A model generated the notes under the pieces. The model had not been told where the DNA came from. It saw only the letters and a program-made list of their open reading frames with translations, and ran no database searches. 64,000 nucleotides of DNA, taken from assembly GCA_001244265.2 (NCBI GenBank), contig CDLV01000017.1, positions 496,001 through 560,000 on the forward strand. Direction: 5' to 3'. Of this stretch, positions 37,302 to 57,030 are shown piece by piece. The DNA is from Microbotryum violaceum (lineage: Eukaryota). How positions within the stretch are numbered: position 1 is the first letter of the stretch; each line of letters starts with the position of its first letter. The translations under genes and the position numbers were made by a program.

Positions 37302-39720
37302 GACCACTCGCGCGAGTCGTAGCGGAATAGTGGTTCGAGTTGCAGCAAGACGAAGGACAACATTGGTGTAGGAGTTGTTAAACAAATACCTCAAGCGGTG
37401 AAAACCCAGCCTTCTGGGGAAAACCGTAAGAGATTGATCTAAACGGAAGAGAGTCCGAACTTCTTGGTGATACACAGGGATGGTGGGCGGGATGACAATT
37501 GGGAGCTTTGCGACCCAAGCTTCTGGATGTCAGTCGGCTGCAACTGATGATGGAGCAAGTCCACTGATCGTCTCAGCATACCTTTGCGACAAAGGCAAGA
37601 CACTGTATAAAGACAGTTGTGGCGCGGTTGGTGCAAAGGACGGCAAAGGGTCTGCTGAGAGACATGCGATTTAGCTCGTTGCCCAACAAGGACTCGGAGC
37701 AAAATGCCCCCACAAAGATTTGCAGGGATCCAAGTGCAAAGTAGACCGTGCAACAAGCTTGGGTGTATCGAAGCACTTACTCCGAGCTACTCTAAGCGAG
37801 CCACGTCGAGGGTTTCATACCGAGCTGCTAGCAGCTGTGAATGTCCGGCAAGATGGAACTCTTGATCAGCGACCTCGTCAGCTGGGAGGTAGTCTTGGGA
37901 GTGAGGACCGCACCTGTCCCTACAGGTGGTGAACGCAGCCACAGAGGCTGGTAAGGAAACGTCGTCAACGCAGTGAAGGCCCGAAAGGGAACGTGCGTTG
38001 CGAGTACCGCCCGTGAGCCCGCGTGTGTGGGAAGCACAGCTATAGCATCCACGGGGGAGAGAGGGTCCGTGCGCGCGAGCTTGAATCGGCGCGTCAAATC
38101 CTTGCAGCAAAAGCCGAAAAGACCAAGCACTTGCTCGTGATATCCGAGTCCGAGGCAAAGTTGCGACTCAGGGCATGTCCAAGTTGCGATGCTTGTTTTC
38201 TGAACATACGGCAACGGCGTGGAACTTGGGGAACGGTCCCTGTAAGCCGTGGTACCTCTTGTATCTGAATCCCTTGCAGAAACCTGACTCCTTCCCCTTT
38301 CTCATCCTCACCCGGCCCGGCCAGCGATCGAAGTCAACATGCCAAACCTAACGGCGAAGCCGCAGGTGGTCTTCATCCACCACCAGTTGATCATCCCCAA
38401 GGTGTAAGTAGTAATTTACATTTTTGCTCTTGTAGGCTCCAGGATCTGATGATTGGGCTGACAAGCGTGTGTGCAATCATTGGGAAAATGCACAGGGGGC
38501 GAACCGCTTGGGAGAACCTTCTTGACCTGCCCGATTACAGTCGATTTTAAGCGGATGTCCGAGAGGGGCTTTTTACCGGTCGCAAGTGCGCCGAAGGATC
38601 TCCACTCCCAGTGATTGTCCATGGGCACCCCGGGCGATTTGCACACACCATCCTCCGTGAAGCTGATCTGTGTGCGCTTGTCTGCACCGTCGAGGCTCGC
38701 TCTTGGAGGGACAGGTCCTCCGGCAAACCTTTCGTGCATATTGCATGGGCCTGGTGTAGTTTCCTTGTCTGATGTGCGGCAGATGACACGCCAGACCACG
38801 CCTTGCCGACTGTCTAGGCGGGTCATCGCCTCCCCTGTCAAGCGTTCGGCAATGGACGCCGAGCTGAATATTGACTTGTCAAGCACCGATGGTCATGAGG
38901 CGGGATGAGTTCAAGCCCGCAATTCCCCACTAAACCTTTTATACCGGCTGAAGGGTTTGATTACTTGGCGATCAACAGTCACTGACAACAACAAGAATCC
39001 GGTCCACGCGCAGGCGAAAGAGGCCACCGACGACGTTCGGAACGCGCGGCTGGCTCCTACCGCAAGACCGGGAAGGCTCATGCTTGATTGGTCTCAAGCG
39101 CATGATGAGGAAAGGAAGGGTTCCTGGATCTTGTCTTGTTTAGACAACAGAAACGAAAATAGCTATCTGAATGAGGATAGACAGAGAAGAAAATTTAAAA
39201 TGAAATGCAGTCGAAATTGAATGAAATGTGGGTTTAATGTGTCGTTAGAGTCTCTAGCCTTGTCTTGCGATGGTTACTCGCTTGCGGCTAAGTAGGAGGT
39301 AGTGCCTATCCTCGGGCCATAGTTGTGAGTGTGACTTTATAGAGGGCACTGGAGGTTCAGGGACTCGTCGCCGCCCCGCGGTGCGTTAATCAAATAAACA
39401 GGTCCACTTCAGTTTCGCGGTCGCGCTGGCGGCGCTCTTGGTGCGCGCGCGCGGCGAAAACGCAGTCTGCGCGCAGCGCTGAAAGAGTTCTGAGCAATGT
39501 ACGGCTTGTAGGGTAGTTTTGAGAAATTATTCAACACTAGGCGGGGCATTTTTTAGTCAGTATCCGGGAAAAATTTGGACATTTTGCCTCGAAAAAGGGC
39601 CGTTCTTGAAAGCGCCGCCTATGGCTGCCAAGGCTTTCGCAGCCAGTCGCCGATTCCCACGCGCGAACATCCGTGGCTGCTGTGTCCTATCTATTCCTTG
39701 CCGTAAGACGAGGACAAGAA

Positions 39721-42700
39721 ATGTCGGACTTCGTCTACACACTCGACTCCGATGATGAGCTCAACCCTCAGGAGGTGCCGGCACAGTTGGGCCCGACTCT
39801 CGTTTCCGCACCCATCCCTGCGACTCGAGCCAAGGTTGCGAAGCGATTGCGCGAAGAGACAAAAGCCGCCCGAGCTCGAGGCGGACCCACGCTGCTGAGC
39901 AACAAGGCCGGGTTGGTCACCACGACTAGGGATCAACCATCGACCCAAGGCCACGATGAGAGCACCGCAGGCGAGAGCGGAGCTATGGGTGACGAAGGGG
40001 CCCAAATCAACTCGAGCTTCGTGTTCGATGGTCTTGGGGGAGGCTACGTCGGCACAAGTGGCAACAGCGTCTGGGTCAGTTGGAGCTTTTCTGAGCTCGG
40101 TGTGACCTTCTTATTTTTGTACCGTAGCTAGCACTGACCGCTGACCACCCGAACCGTCAGGATGCGGGCGATCCGTATCTGGTGCGACGTCCAAATGCGA
40201 TTGTGAGTAGAGGCCGGACTCGGTCTCAAGGTGCGGGGCTTTTATCGCGGGCCTGTAATGACAATGTCCCCTTTTTTCCCACTCGGCCCCGTTGACCAAT
40301 TCCCAGCCTCGCGTGACAGTAGACGAGATTATCGCACGTCGAGCGCCCACCCGGAAGGTCGTCAATCCAAGCAGAGCTGATAATGCGTCTTCACAAGATG
40401 TAGCTTCTTCGGGTTCTGGTAGTCGCGATGAAGGTGGCCTGCCTTCGACATATACTCCGGGGAAGCGATCCCATGTCGATGCGGATGCAAAGGATATAAA
40501 CTGGCTCGAGCAATGCGTCGACGAAGTGCATGAGGGTCGTGCCTCGACATCTTCTGGAAGACGGACCTATCGCGGTCTACAGACGAGCAGCGCACAGGAC
40601 GAAGGATCCGCGGACAAATCACCTGTATCCCCAAACTCAATCGCTGAAGGATCGGACCGCAGTGTTAACAGCGATGGCAGCGACTATAGCGACGATGACA
40701 GCACCGAAGACAACAGCGCGGGCCGATCCACGCCTCACACTGGCGGTCAGCATCCCGATGATTTTCTCCGTCCCATGGAAAACCCGCGCCTGACCCGAAA
40801 CAGGCTTTTAATATTTTTGGCACCTACCACAGGCTTTGCAGCGCTCGCAGAAATAGATCCGGATCTGCTTGTCGACGAGGAAGGTTTTGGAACTTCAGTA
40901 GGGTCGGACTCGCCCAAGGCCAACTCCCCGAATGAACTCGATGGTGCAGCCGCCATCAAAGCATTTTTTGCACCCCACACTATCACTTCGTCCTCCAACT
41001 CAAATTTATCTTTTGCCACTCTCCCCGGTTGCACCATCTCTCGTCAGCTTCTGCTCGCTCTCAGCAGTCTGAGTCTGGCCGTCCCAACGCCAATTCAACG
41101 CGAATGCATACCGATCGCAATGATGGGCAAGGACATCGTAGCGAGCTCGGCCACTGGCTCAGGGAAAACGGTGGCTTTCTGGATCGGCGTGCTTGAGCGC
41201 CTCCTCCACCGGGACCGCCGAGAGTCCATGACTCGCGTTGTGGTCATCACCCCCACTCGCGAACTCGCGGTGCAAGTACACGGCGTGGGCAAAGCGTTGG
41301 CGCGCTACACGGACGTCGAGTTCTGTCTCTGTGTTGGCGGACTGTCTCTCAAAGTACAGGAAGCCGAGCTCAAGCAGCGTCCCGACATCGTAGTATCCAC
41401 GCCCGGACGATTGATCGATCACGTTCGCAACACGCCCTCGTTCACCATGGACGGCGTAGAAATTTTGGTACTCGACGAAGCGGACCGCATGCTCGAAGAG
41501 GTCGGTTTTTTGCAGTGACTATCTAAGCGTGTTGGACCTGACGAGTTTCGCTTTGATCATGCTTTATGCAGGGTTTCCGATCCGAGCTCGAAGAAATTAT
41601 TGAGGCCGCGCCTCGGTCACGCCAAACCTTGCTCTTCTCCGCTACTGTGACCGAGTCCATCGCCCAGCTCACTCGGCTGTCGATGAACAAGCCCGTGCGC
41701 GTCAAGGTCGACCAGATGGGCGCCACTGCTCCAGGTTTGGTGCAGGAATGTGCGTCATCATGACATGATCTTGGCCGACCCATTTGTTCGAACTGAACCG
41801 ATCTTTTTTCTGCACATAGTCCTTCGAGTGCGCGGGGATAGACCGGGAGAAGCTATCGAGCGCGGCTTTCGGTCTGGCGAGCGAACTCGGGAAGCTTTAT
41901 TGGTCACATTGTGCGCGCGAAGTTTCGCAACCGGACGCACCATAATATTTTTTCGATCGAAGGCTCAGGCCCATCGCATGAAGATCATATTTTCGCTCGT
42001 CGGTCAAGGCTTGCAGAAAGCTGACGAGCTTCACGGAGATCTTACTCAAGAGCAACGCCTGGAGAGTCTTAAACGGTTTCGAGAGGGCGAATGTTCGTTC
42101 CTTCTCGCTACTGATTTGGCCTCCCGCGGGTACGTGAGCTTGATGGATTTGGCCTTGCCGCCGCTCTGATATTGATTCGATTCCGCTTTCGACGCCTCGC
42201 ATTCTCTACAGGCTCGACATTAAAGGTATTGACAATGTCATCAATTATGAGATGCCAAGATCTATCGAGATCTATCTGCATAGGGTGGGAAGGACAGCGC
42301 GCGCTGGCCGGCAAGGAAGGTGAGGCTTTGCAAAGCCTGAGACCGTGCGAATGGCGGCTTGCGTGCTGATACTATGAACACGGTCGAAATTCGACCCTTC
42401 GCCAATGATCTAATGATCTGCACGACTCACAGAGCGCTAACGCTGGTCGGAGAATCGGACCGAAAACTGGTCAAGCTCGCAGTCAAGCATGCGCCGCCCG
42501 AATCAATACAACAAAGAGTGATACCGGTGGAGGCGCACTTCGATGTATTGGAGCAACTTCAAGAACTTGAGAGCGAAGTCAAGGCGGTGCAGCGCGAGGA
42601 GAGGGAGGAAATCGAGGTCGGTGTTTTCTTCGCATCCTGTCGCTGTTCTAGTGTGCATCGCCTGACCCGCTAAGCTGCTGCTCGCCTCGGACGCTCTATC

Positions 42701-43347
42701 GACTCCTCTCCAGACGAGAAAGGGTGAAATGGAACTGTCCAAAGGCCGCAACCTGATTCAACACGAACGCGAGATCCATTCCAGGCCGGCTCGCACCTGG
42801 TTCCAAACAACTCAAGAAAAAAAAATCGCGAAAAGTTAGTCCCTGGGAGGAGGGGCCGAGGGGAGGAGGAGGAGCGACGAAAACGATCTCACCTACTTCT
42901 TGTCCCGCTCTAGGTGCCGGCCTAAACGAACACAATCAGAAGTTCAGAGACCGCAAGCCTATCAAGCCTACCACAGTGGCGGATGACAGACCGGCCCCAA
43001 AGCGCACAGCGTTCTCGGGTCTGTCCAGAAAAGAAAAGCGGCGCAAATTAGCGTCACTCGAAGACGCTGAGGATGATGATCGCGGCAAAATTGAGGGATC
43101 GATTCGCTCGGCCAAGAGAGCGGCGTTGCCGCGTAAAATGACTGTGTCCTCCGAAGCACGCGCGACAACCCACCAATCAAGAAAATCCAGGGAGAGACGT
43201 GCGGGTGATTTCGATCGAGAGCTCGGGGTCAGTCGGAGGGCGATTGGTGAACTCGATTACGAGTCTGGGTATAGGAAGAGCTCGTCTGTTCGAGGCGGAG
43301 TCTTCAACGCCAGCCGGAAGGGTAGCACGCGCCGTCAAAAGCGCTGA
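39721..43347 (+). CDS. DRS1: DEAD-box RNA helicase Drs1/DDX27, multi-exon
   Basis: [13 protein letters not shown] start, [63 protein letters not shown]. Confidence 0.94.
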
Positions 43348-43996
43348 TGTATTAATCTCCGCAGCGTCTCAGACTTCTGGGTGTGCGTGGTTGTGGCAGA
43401 ATATCATGCAATTTATACCACTGAGGTTACTGCAGACCTCGACGCTCATCCTCTAAGCTCCCGACTAAAAACGTTTCGCGCGTTTTCCATCACGCATCGC
43501 TTCACTTACAAACGATGCACTCTTTGCTCAAGTTCGGTGCCTTTGCTCCGGAAAAGTGGTCCGTTTACCAATTGACGACGGTGCATTTACTGTTAGGTAG
43601 CTCGGCAACCCGCTGTATCTCGTGTAGTATGCCACGTATCACATTGAAAGTTGACGAGCTTTCTTATGTGATTACCAAGTACGTCAAAATAGGTACAAAT
43701 CGACCCTTCAGACACCTTACCCCGATGTACAAATCGACCTAAAATCGCTGTCTTTCGAGATGCACATTGGGCTGAGCTTTCCCGGGTCCTATTCCGGTAG
43801 CTTCAGTGTGACGAAGTGGTGGATCTAGACATGATCCAGAGCGATTCAGAACAATTCAGTCAGTTCGGGCATTTTGTGAGCGGTAAAGTCATTTAGACAG
43901 ATACAGACGCGCTCCGGGAAATGGTGAAGTTGTTGATGAGTGGGTATGATTGAATCTAATTCGGGGTCAATGAGTCCTACACTACTGACCTAGCCA

Positions 43997-44700
43997 GTGT
44001 GCTTAACTGCATTCCCTCCGACTCACACGCCACCTCTTCGACATCCGCATCCGCCTCCAGGCACCGAACGAATCAACCCCTTTCACCTTGTCCAGACCGG
44101 CCCCAACCAGCATCGCCGCCCTTGGATCTGGATTTGGTGGGCATACTTTTGCCATCCTCCCCCAACGTGGGACCATGCGGTGAGAAAGACGACAAAACTT
44201 CTTCCTGCTTGTTGGGTCCGATACCCCGAAGCCTGGGCGTCGGTGACCACGCTCAATCCCCCGGAACTCTCCAAGAGCCAGAACCTCGAGCAATGGGCGA
44301 CGCACGTACTCTACTTCCCAGCGGGCCACGGAATACAACTCTCGGTAAACCCGACGCTTTTTCGAGGGCCCGATGGCGAGGTGATGACCCCGTCTTCGTT
44401 TGTGAACGCGTCCAAACGCCACCAAGTCTTCATCTTCCCTCCGATCTTCCCCAAGGGACACCAGAAGGTATTCGATCTGCCTGAGCAACGTTGGAACGCT
44501 TGGTGGAAGACTTTGCGCAAGGTTCGCCGGGTTCACTCGGGCGCCGAAGATACCGGCCACCTTCTCTCCCTAGGGTCCCTCCATCCGGGCAGCCAAATCG
44601 CCTCCTCAACCAGCCCGCACCCCGACAATCATCTGCCTCCTGTGTAATGTGCATCTCGGAAGCACCCGAGTACCTGGCCCATCTCGCGGTCGGCTGCCCA
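43997..44700 (+). mobile_element. LINE fragment (ORF2 C-terminus with RT-associated zinc finger)
   Basis: WNAWWKTLRK..HLLSLGSL..CVMC..EYLAHLAVGCP, frameshifted. Confidence 0.65.
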
Positions 44701-45110
44701 ATAAGAAAAGATAGACTTCATTAACAGCATAATTATATTAATACCTAGAAATCTTCGGAAAAGTCGGAGGGAATGCTGTTACGCACACTGGCAGAAGCCA
44801 GTAGTGTAGGACTCATTGACCTGAACCAGGATCAACCATACCCACCAAAACCCCCTTTGGTGGCTTACAGAGACACTAGGCGATCAAATAGAGAAAACAT
44901 AAATACAAAATATACCAATAGGGTTATGATCTCTGTCTCGATCGGGAATTCCAGTTACGCTCGCTACATCGGCTCGTCCTTTCAGACTCAACCTTCTCTT
45001 GCAGGCCCACACTTTGTGCCCAAGTGTCCTACAACTGGGCTACCCTTGAAAGGCTAACCAGCGCGTCATACATTCAGTGACGGTCGAAATCCACCTGTGG
45101 CTCTGCTTCC

Positions 45111-45805
45111 AGTACGTGAGACGTGACCTGAGTCCACCACTCCCCACACCTCGGCGATTGAAAGAGCAGCCTGTGACGTTCAGCGGCGACCGCACTGATT
45201 GGTGTAGGCGCAAATGATCAACTCTTTACAGTGGGTGCGTTATGTGGCAAGGAGTCCCACTTCGAGCAGCTAGGCGGCCAAGGTCATGCCCTGGGCCAGC
45301 CGAGCGCCAAGCCACCGCCGCGAAGCAAGTCGAGTGGAGTCGTTGAACAGCCCTCGCCTCGTACACTGTCCCAAACACTCGGAAGTTCCCCGCTCCCACT
45401 GCCTGCCGCTCTCGACTCGACACAGGATCAGGAAGGCGCACGTCGGAGAGAAGCGATGCTTCGCGCCGCGGAGGAGCGCAGTCGAACTGTGAGTGAACCA
45501 TGGTCCAGGGAAGCGTTTGCGGACGACCGTCGACCTATACCGTTTTGGGTCTACGCCAGCTCAATACTGATAATCCTCAGTAACCTGACCGCCCAGGCCA
45601 ACTCGAGAGGGACGTCGGGTGGCAAGCTGGCGACCCAACTTGCAGCCCAAAGAGCCGATGGCAATCGCGCTGTTGATGCGAGGCACGCCGGCGGGACACG
45701 TGACTTGCCACTGGTGGTTAGTAACTGCTGAATCCGCATAACATATTTCGGAACGGCCTTCAGACCAAGCATACTGATCACTGGTTGGTTACCTAGTGGG
45801 ATTAA
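45111..45805 (+). CDS. Small N-myristoylated SVIP-like protein, 4 exons
   Basis: MGALCGK N-terminus, RREAMLRAAEER, RG..GGKLA..LAAQ, C-terminal WD*; canonical introns 45112-45231, 45490-45596, 45717-45796. Confidence 0.7.
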
Positions 45806-46259
45806 TTCACGTGATTTTGCTCTGTTTTAGTCCGAGATCTGAAGACAGCCATCAACTGTGAAATCTGAAACTGAACAGCCTCACCAAGTTGCTGGATTCA
45901 TCAAGAATTAGAACACATGGCACCAAGCAGAGATGCAAAAAGGATAAGCCAAGTAACTGCACGCTTCAGTTTAGCCATGTGATGCTGGGGAGGGTGCGGG
46001 CGGAGCTCGCGAAGACCTTCAATTACGCAGGGGGCCGAGGTAGGCGCACAGCGCCTCCGAGCCCTATATGCTATGCTCATGATGTCGGTGATACAGCAGG
46101 ACTGCGGGGAGATTGCGTTGAGTACTTTGGATGAGGAAAGAAGCAGAGCAAGCATTATGATTATACATATACCAGGGGGAACCCGTTAGCTTAACGGGAG
46201 GACGAAATTCGAATGTCAGGAGAATTGACCGCCTACATGATCTGAGTGGAGGTATAACA

Positions 46260-47412
46260 CACAATACGAAGTACAGCGGTTGAACGATTCTCCATTCATC
46301 GCTGAAACAGCCTGCGCGTTGCTTGTTGCCGGACTTGGCTTCAAACCCTCGTGCAATGAGATCCGGACGGTTGCATGCTTTGTCGTTCGGCCCCAGTGCA
46401 GCCTTGATTTCCGGCCGTTCGGGGTTGCGCGTCAGCGTGATGAACAGCGAATGCTTTCCGTGTTTGACGACGCAAACCATCGCATCTTCGTGTCCCGCGC
46501 GGTCTATTCTTGAACGTCGTACCCAAAATCACCGAACGTCCAATTTGATTCGGGGTCAAGCCCGTGACGGCTTGGCCTGTGGTGAGGCGCAAGGGTTCTT
46601 GGTGAAATGAAAGTAATTTAGCCGATCGGTGTCGGCTTGGAAGTTTCTGTCGATCAAGAACTCCGGGAAGGGACGTTGGGTGCAATGCGGGGTTGAGAAG
46701 TACTCGACGCGTTTGTGCAAGTAGTACACAAAGAGTTGTGAACTCGAGGCTCTCCACCTCAGGCCCCTTTACTTGACCATCGTCCTAGATGTTTAAACTT
46801 TCTATGTCAGTCTGTGCCCACGCCTAACAGAATGGAATTTCCGAGAAAGAGCCGAAGACGCTTACGTTCACCATCACCATTGTCTTCGCCCTCCTCCTCA
46901 TTGTCTTCATCCTAATTGTGGCGGTCTTCCGGCGAAGAGTGACCCAGTTTGATTGAACCCGCACAGGGGAATGTTGGGGTTGCAGCCATCTCCTCCGGCA
47001 GGGAAAGTAGTGGATATTGGAGAGGCATCGGAGACGGATGGAGCGAGCTAACGATTTGGTACTTGTGCCGACCATCAGGATATTGATCACTGGGCACCAG
47101 GAGAATAAGGTCTTGCGTCCACGGTCTCCGTGTGGGTGTTGGAATCACAGACAAGCATCGCCGTTTCTGTGCTCGACGGAGGAAGGTTGTGGGTGCTTCG
47201 GCCTCTGTATGGTGGTAGGCAGAGGCGTTCTCTTTGGCCGTATTCCAACCTGCGCGAACTTTGACCCATGCGAACTGCCTCACAAAACGATTGCCGGTAC
47301 GCAACACGGATTCGAGCTTGGTCAACGTAGTTCTTTGTATGCAACTGTCTGCGCCGTCGGGTCCAAGTCGAGTTTCGTTGTCGGCCGGGTCGATAATGTC
47401 ACAGTTATACAA
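46260..47412 (-). mobile_element. Helitron Rep fragment, degenerate
   Basis: SLHPSPMPLQYPLL, IGRSVILGTTF, EDAMVCVVKHGKHSLFITLTRNPERPEI..RPDLIARGFEAK. Confidence 0.85.
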
Positions 47413-48078
47413 TTAGGTTTGATCTCATTATTCTAATTCTTATTTGCTAAACGGAAGATATTATCACCTCACAAATCTTGCCCTGGCCTTACAATCTATT
47501 AGCTTGTTTAGATTGGTCTGCGCCTGAGTGACACTTTTCTCCTTAGTCTTACCCCGTTTGCTCTCGCAACGGTTCTGACATAATTCCTCAGGTGAGTTGT
47601 CATTACATATATTGTTCGCTCTCGCAACGGTTCTGACATAAGGGTCCTCAGTGCGAGATACATAGCGTTCCACATTCCATCTTAGGTTATGAAACTATTC
47701 GCTGCTACCGACCTGCCTCACAGCAAGATGGACAAGCTCCACAACTTCTTCGTCAAACTTAAGGACGAGTCCAACTATGCGTCATGGCACAAGAAGATGA
47801 CTTTGCTCTTTATGGGTCACAAAGTCATGGACATCGTCCTCGGTGAACAGGTGAAGCCGCTGTCACTGCCTCGCCAGCCTGCGACCGACATTCCCAACGC
47901 TGCGGAGCTCGATGCATCGGCCGATCGCCAGAAGAAAATTGCAACCTGGACCGATCACAACATTTGGGCGCAAAGTCACATCATGGCAACCCTCAGTCCC
48001 GAAATTGAAGGAATGGTCACGTACTGTGAAACATTGCACGAGATGTGGGACTTGCTCGAGAAGAAGTACAGGAAGCGC

Positions 48079-48301
48079 TGTAAGGCCCGTGCACCTGGGC
48101 CTTAGGAAGAGGGGACGCGCGCCTGGGCACTCTTAGTCTCTCTCCAGCAACTGATACGAGTGTCCAGGTGAGCACAAGGTGGATCAGAAGGCATTGTCAT
48201 ACCAGCGACTGATACGAGTGTCCAGTGTCAATTCTACATACTTTGGTCCTGTGATCCTTGTCGTCGTCGCTCAGGTGTACACTCCAACGGGGTGTATTAC
48301 A
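48079..48301 (+). mobile_element. Solo LTR of the chromovirus family (same subfamily as the 58893 element), 223 bp
   Basis: Near-identical to 58893..59115; TSD AGCGC; removal restores the Copia gag frame KYRKR-GHNALY. Confidence 0.96.
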
Positions 48302-49097
48302 AGCGCGGCCACAATGCTCTCTACAGCGGCCTTGTTTGCCTACTCTCGACCAAGTACCGTGACGGAGACAACATGGACGAGCACATCACCAAGCTTCTGA
48401 CCTACTTGGCAGAGCTGATGAAGATTGGCAAACCCGTTCCGGACGAGTACCTCAATGTATTCATTCTGTTCTCGCTCCCGCCTAGTTGGTCCGTCGTCAA
48501 CACGTGGTACGAACAAGCCGCCGCAATTGATGAAAAAGTAACTATTTGTCCATCGCTTGTGATCGAGCACATTCAAACGGAAGCCCAACATTGTGCTACA
48601 GCCAACATGCAACTTGTTCCCGTCAAAGTCTCGAGCTCATCGAACGCCGGTGCGCTCTCCGCCAATGCCCTCAAAATGTGCGACTTCTGTAACAGGAAGG
48701 GACACAATGCGGACGAGTGTTACACCAACCCGAATGGTTAAGGCTATTGACCTCCTCAAGGCAAACAGTCAAGGAAGCGTGGCAAAGCCAAATCGGTCAA
48801 GCCCGCCCAGTCATCCAACCAAGAGGCTGTGGCGTTCTCCGTGATGTCAGCTGGTCAATCCACCAAGTCTAGATTCATTATCGACTCTGGCGCGTGGAAG
48901 AACCATACCGGTGATCATACTCAATTGACGGACTTCATTGAGGATTCCTTAGAAGCCGAAACCGCAAATGGCGAATGGGTCGTCTGTCCGGGACACGGTA
49001 GGCTTTCTATCGAAACTGCTGGTGGTCGAAAACTCGAGGCAAAGAAGGTCTGGTATGCCCGTGGGATTACTCTCCGTTCGACAAATGACAAACTCGG

Positions 49098-49298
49098 TGT
49101 AAGGCGCTGCTCCGTTTACGCCTCACAACAACCTCCAGCCGACCTCTGCGGCCTCACGCTTACCCTCGCGCGCGGCGCCGCCGTGTCTCTTGACCTTAGT
49201 CCTTTTAGTAGTCTTTCTTCGCCTGCAAATTACACCGTTTGATCCTTTCAGGCTGGACTCGGAACCAGTGAGGCTCGAGAGCAATCTCGTGCCTTTCA
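49098..49298. mobile_element. Solo LTR of another family, 201 bp
   Basis: TGTAAGG...CCTTTCA with TSD CTCGG; removal restores Copia LSVRQMTNSGLSVHF. Confidence 0.88.
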
Positions 49299-50449
49299 CT
49301 CGGGTCTCTCAGTCCACTTCAAGCCGGACAAGTTGTGTACCATCCTTTGCAATGGCGAGTTCATCGCTAGCACGATCGTCTCGGATGGTCCCTACAAGCT
49401 TGACATCAAGCAACCAAACCTCGCCTTGGCAACTTGCGAGACGGTCGGCGCGCCGCTGATGCTTTGGCATCGCCGTTTCGGTCATCCCAGTCCTCAGACG
49501 ATTATCAACATGGCACGGGGCGGGGCTGTACCGTAGTCCTTTCACAATCAAGGCCACCGTCGCCACCGAGATTCTCGAGCGCGTATCGATCTGGGTTTTG
49601 TTCCTGAGCCCGATCATCAAGGTCGTACCGTTTACCTTGCTATTGTTGATCAGCATTCTTGCGGTCGATGGGTCTTTCCGCTCTCAAGTCATCCGAGGGA
49701 GTCATCGAGGCCTTCAACACGTTTCGAACTAGCGTTGAGAACATGACGGGGAAGAAGATCCGATTTGTACGCTCTGACAACGGCGGCGAGTTTACTTCCA
49801 AGATGTTTGAGACCTACTTCAAGACCAACAGGATCATTCACAAGCGCACTGCGCCGTACACCCCCGAGAACAACGGTCAGGTTGAACGTCTCAACAGATC
49901 GATCATGACGACGGTCAAAGCCCATGTCCAACATCATTCCTTACAAGCGTCATCAGGCGTTATTTGCTGGTCCAGCACTCGATTCTTCGAGCTCGAACTT
50001 CCAAGTCATTCGCATCAACGATGTCTTGCCGCAAATTGATGGAAAATGGGGGAAGACGTATCTCTGCGTCTCCGTCCCTCAAGGCCATTTCACTCCAACG
50101 ACATACGAGGAGGCAATTTCCTGTCCTGACGCCAAGTTCTGGATCATCGCGATTCGTGAGGAGCTCGGAGCGCTTGAAACCCACAACGCCTTCGAGGTCT
50201 CTTTCCTTCCAGACGGCGCAATTGCTCTCGGTTCCCGATGGGTCTTCACGATCAAGTTGGACGCTGCTGGCAGGATCATCCGCTTCAAAGCTCGTCTCGT
50301 TGCTCAGGGTTTTGCTCAGCGCCCCGGCATCAATTTCCACGAGACCTTCGCTCCTGTTGCTCGCATGTCAACCATACGATTCTGCAAGGCCCGAGGCCTT
50401 TTGCCCGGGAGCCGGAAGAAGGTGATGGGATTTTGGGGCTTAGTTGGAT

Positions 50450-51720
50450 AGCTTGCGCGCGCCTGTATGACCGAAACGGAACGGGCAAAGGCACAGGATT
50501 TTGCAGATTGGCTCTTAGGAGTTGGAGACGGCTCGGCAAACAAAACAGAAGACTCTATCGTGCTCCCACGTGAGCTTCTCTTGCACCATCGAGTTCCTGC
50601 CACTGCCCAAGAGTCATCTGCAAGCGTTCACATCTCGTCTCCTGTACAACAATCTTCACGGAAAGCAGCGGGGCAGCAGAGACGTCGGCAGCTGCTCGCG
50701 TTCCTCCTCTGCACAATCCGACTCCTCCCGACTCCCGCTCTAATCGCACAGTCGCCGCCGCCAGCAATCTCGAACAACCGCAGATCGGACGCTCAGTGGC
50801 AACGACGCCTTCGCAAGAAGCAGCAGCGCGACATAGATCAACACAACATTGCGCAAACTGCTTTGTCAAGTCAATCTGCACCGGCAGCAGGCATTCTCAC
50901 CGCCAGTGTGTCAAAGAACTGACTTTGAATGGTTGAGAATCCGGGTCATTTGCACACCAAATGTGAGTCTTTACTGCCATTGCTACAGATGAACAACAGC
51001 AAAAATACTGATAGTTGCACGACGTCTCGGAGGTCTGAAGGCCAGCAACGACATTGTCAATGGGAAAGGCTCGAGCAAGAGCGTTCCGGTCCGGTCCCAC
51101 ACAGTTCTTCGCCAAACCCTGCCTCTACCGCATCAACATTGATGGCACATGACTCTCTGCTTCTCAGACGACCTGTTTTGCGTGCCTGTCACATTGTAGC
51201 GTAGTCCCTTCAGCCATCCAGCTGCTGCCACTGCCGAAGAGTCATCTGCAAGCTTTCACATCCCGTCTCCTGTACAACAATCTTCATGGAGAGCAACGGG
51301 GCAGCAGAGATGTCGGCAACTTGAGCTAGCTGAGCTAGCTGAGCCTCCTCCGCACAACCTGACTAACTTCCAGCAGATCTAGGGCACAACAATTGCGGAG
51401 ATTCGGGGGAAGGCAGCAAAATGAGTCTATCAATCGATCACCTCTACCCCAGTCAACACCCAAAGTCCACTCTGTCCCAATGGATGTTGCTGCACAGTCA
51501 CCAATTGCACTGCGTCCACTGCCAAGAGCCTACCCTCGACACGACTTAGGTGCAATGGATCTTCTGTGTTGGAAGTGTAGCGCCTTCCACTGGGACTTCG
51601 AACGCTTGGGAGGACGGGACACTCCAGTATTCAGGGCATGTTGCAACAACGGCAAGGTGGGGCTGCCAATGATCAAAGCTTGGAACTTCTGTCCAGTAAG
51701 CAGCGTAGAACCGTAGCCAT
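50450..51720 (+). mobile_element. Rearranged Helitron fragments (Pif1 helicase piece and N-terminal Cys-rich piece)
   Basis: DFADWLLGVGDG (Helitron helicase) and HDLGAMDLLCWKCSAFHW..CCNNGKVGLP (Helitron N-terminus). Confidence 0.8.
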
Positions 51721-51851
51721 CTGCAATAATGTAACAGAACTGCTGATTTAATTTTCAATGTGAGGTCGCGCCGAACCTAGTAAAAAAAAAACCCTCCTGA
51801 GACAAAGACAAATCACGTGGCGTGACATCATAGGTAGCTCTTGGTCACAGG

Positions 51852-57030
<5,179 letters not shown>

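Larger units (their letters stand above)
47413..50385 (+). mobile_element. Degenerate Ty1/Copia element carrying two solo-LTR insertions, truncated in RT; 5' boundary approximate
   Basis: GGTTATGA primer site at 47685; Gag with CDFCNRKGHNADEC; protease FIIDSGA; LWHRRFGH; VRSDNGGEF; RT WVFTIK..KARLVAQGF. Confidence 0.88.

Noticed and set aside
37300-38950. Broken minus-strand ORFs, possibly a gene or transposase remnant
   Set aside because: No motif I can recognise; left unannotated
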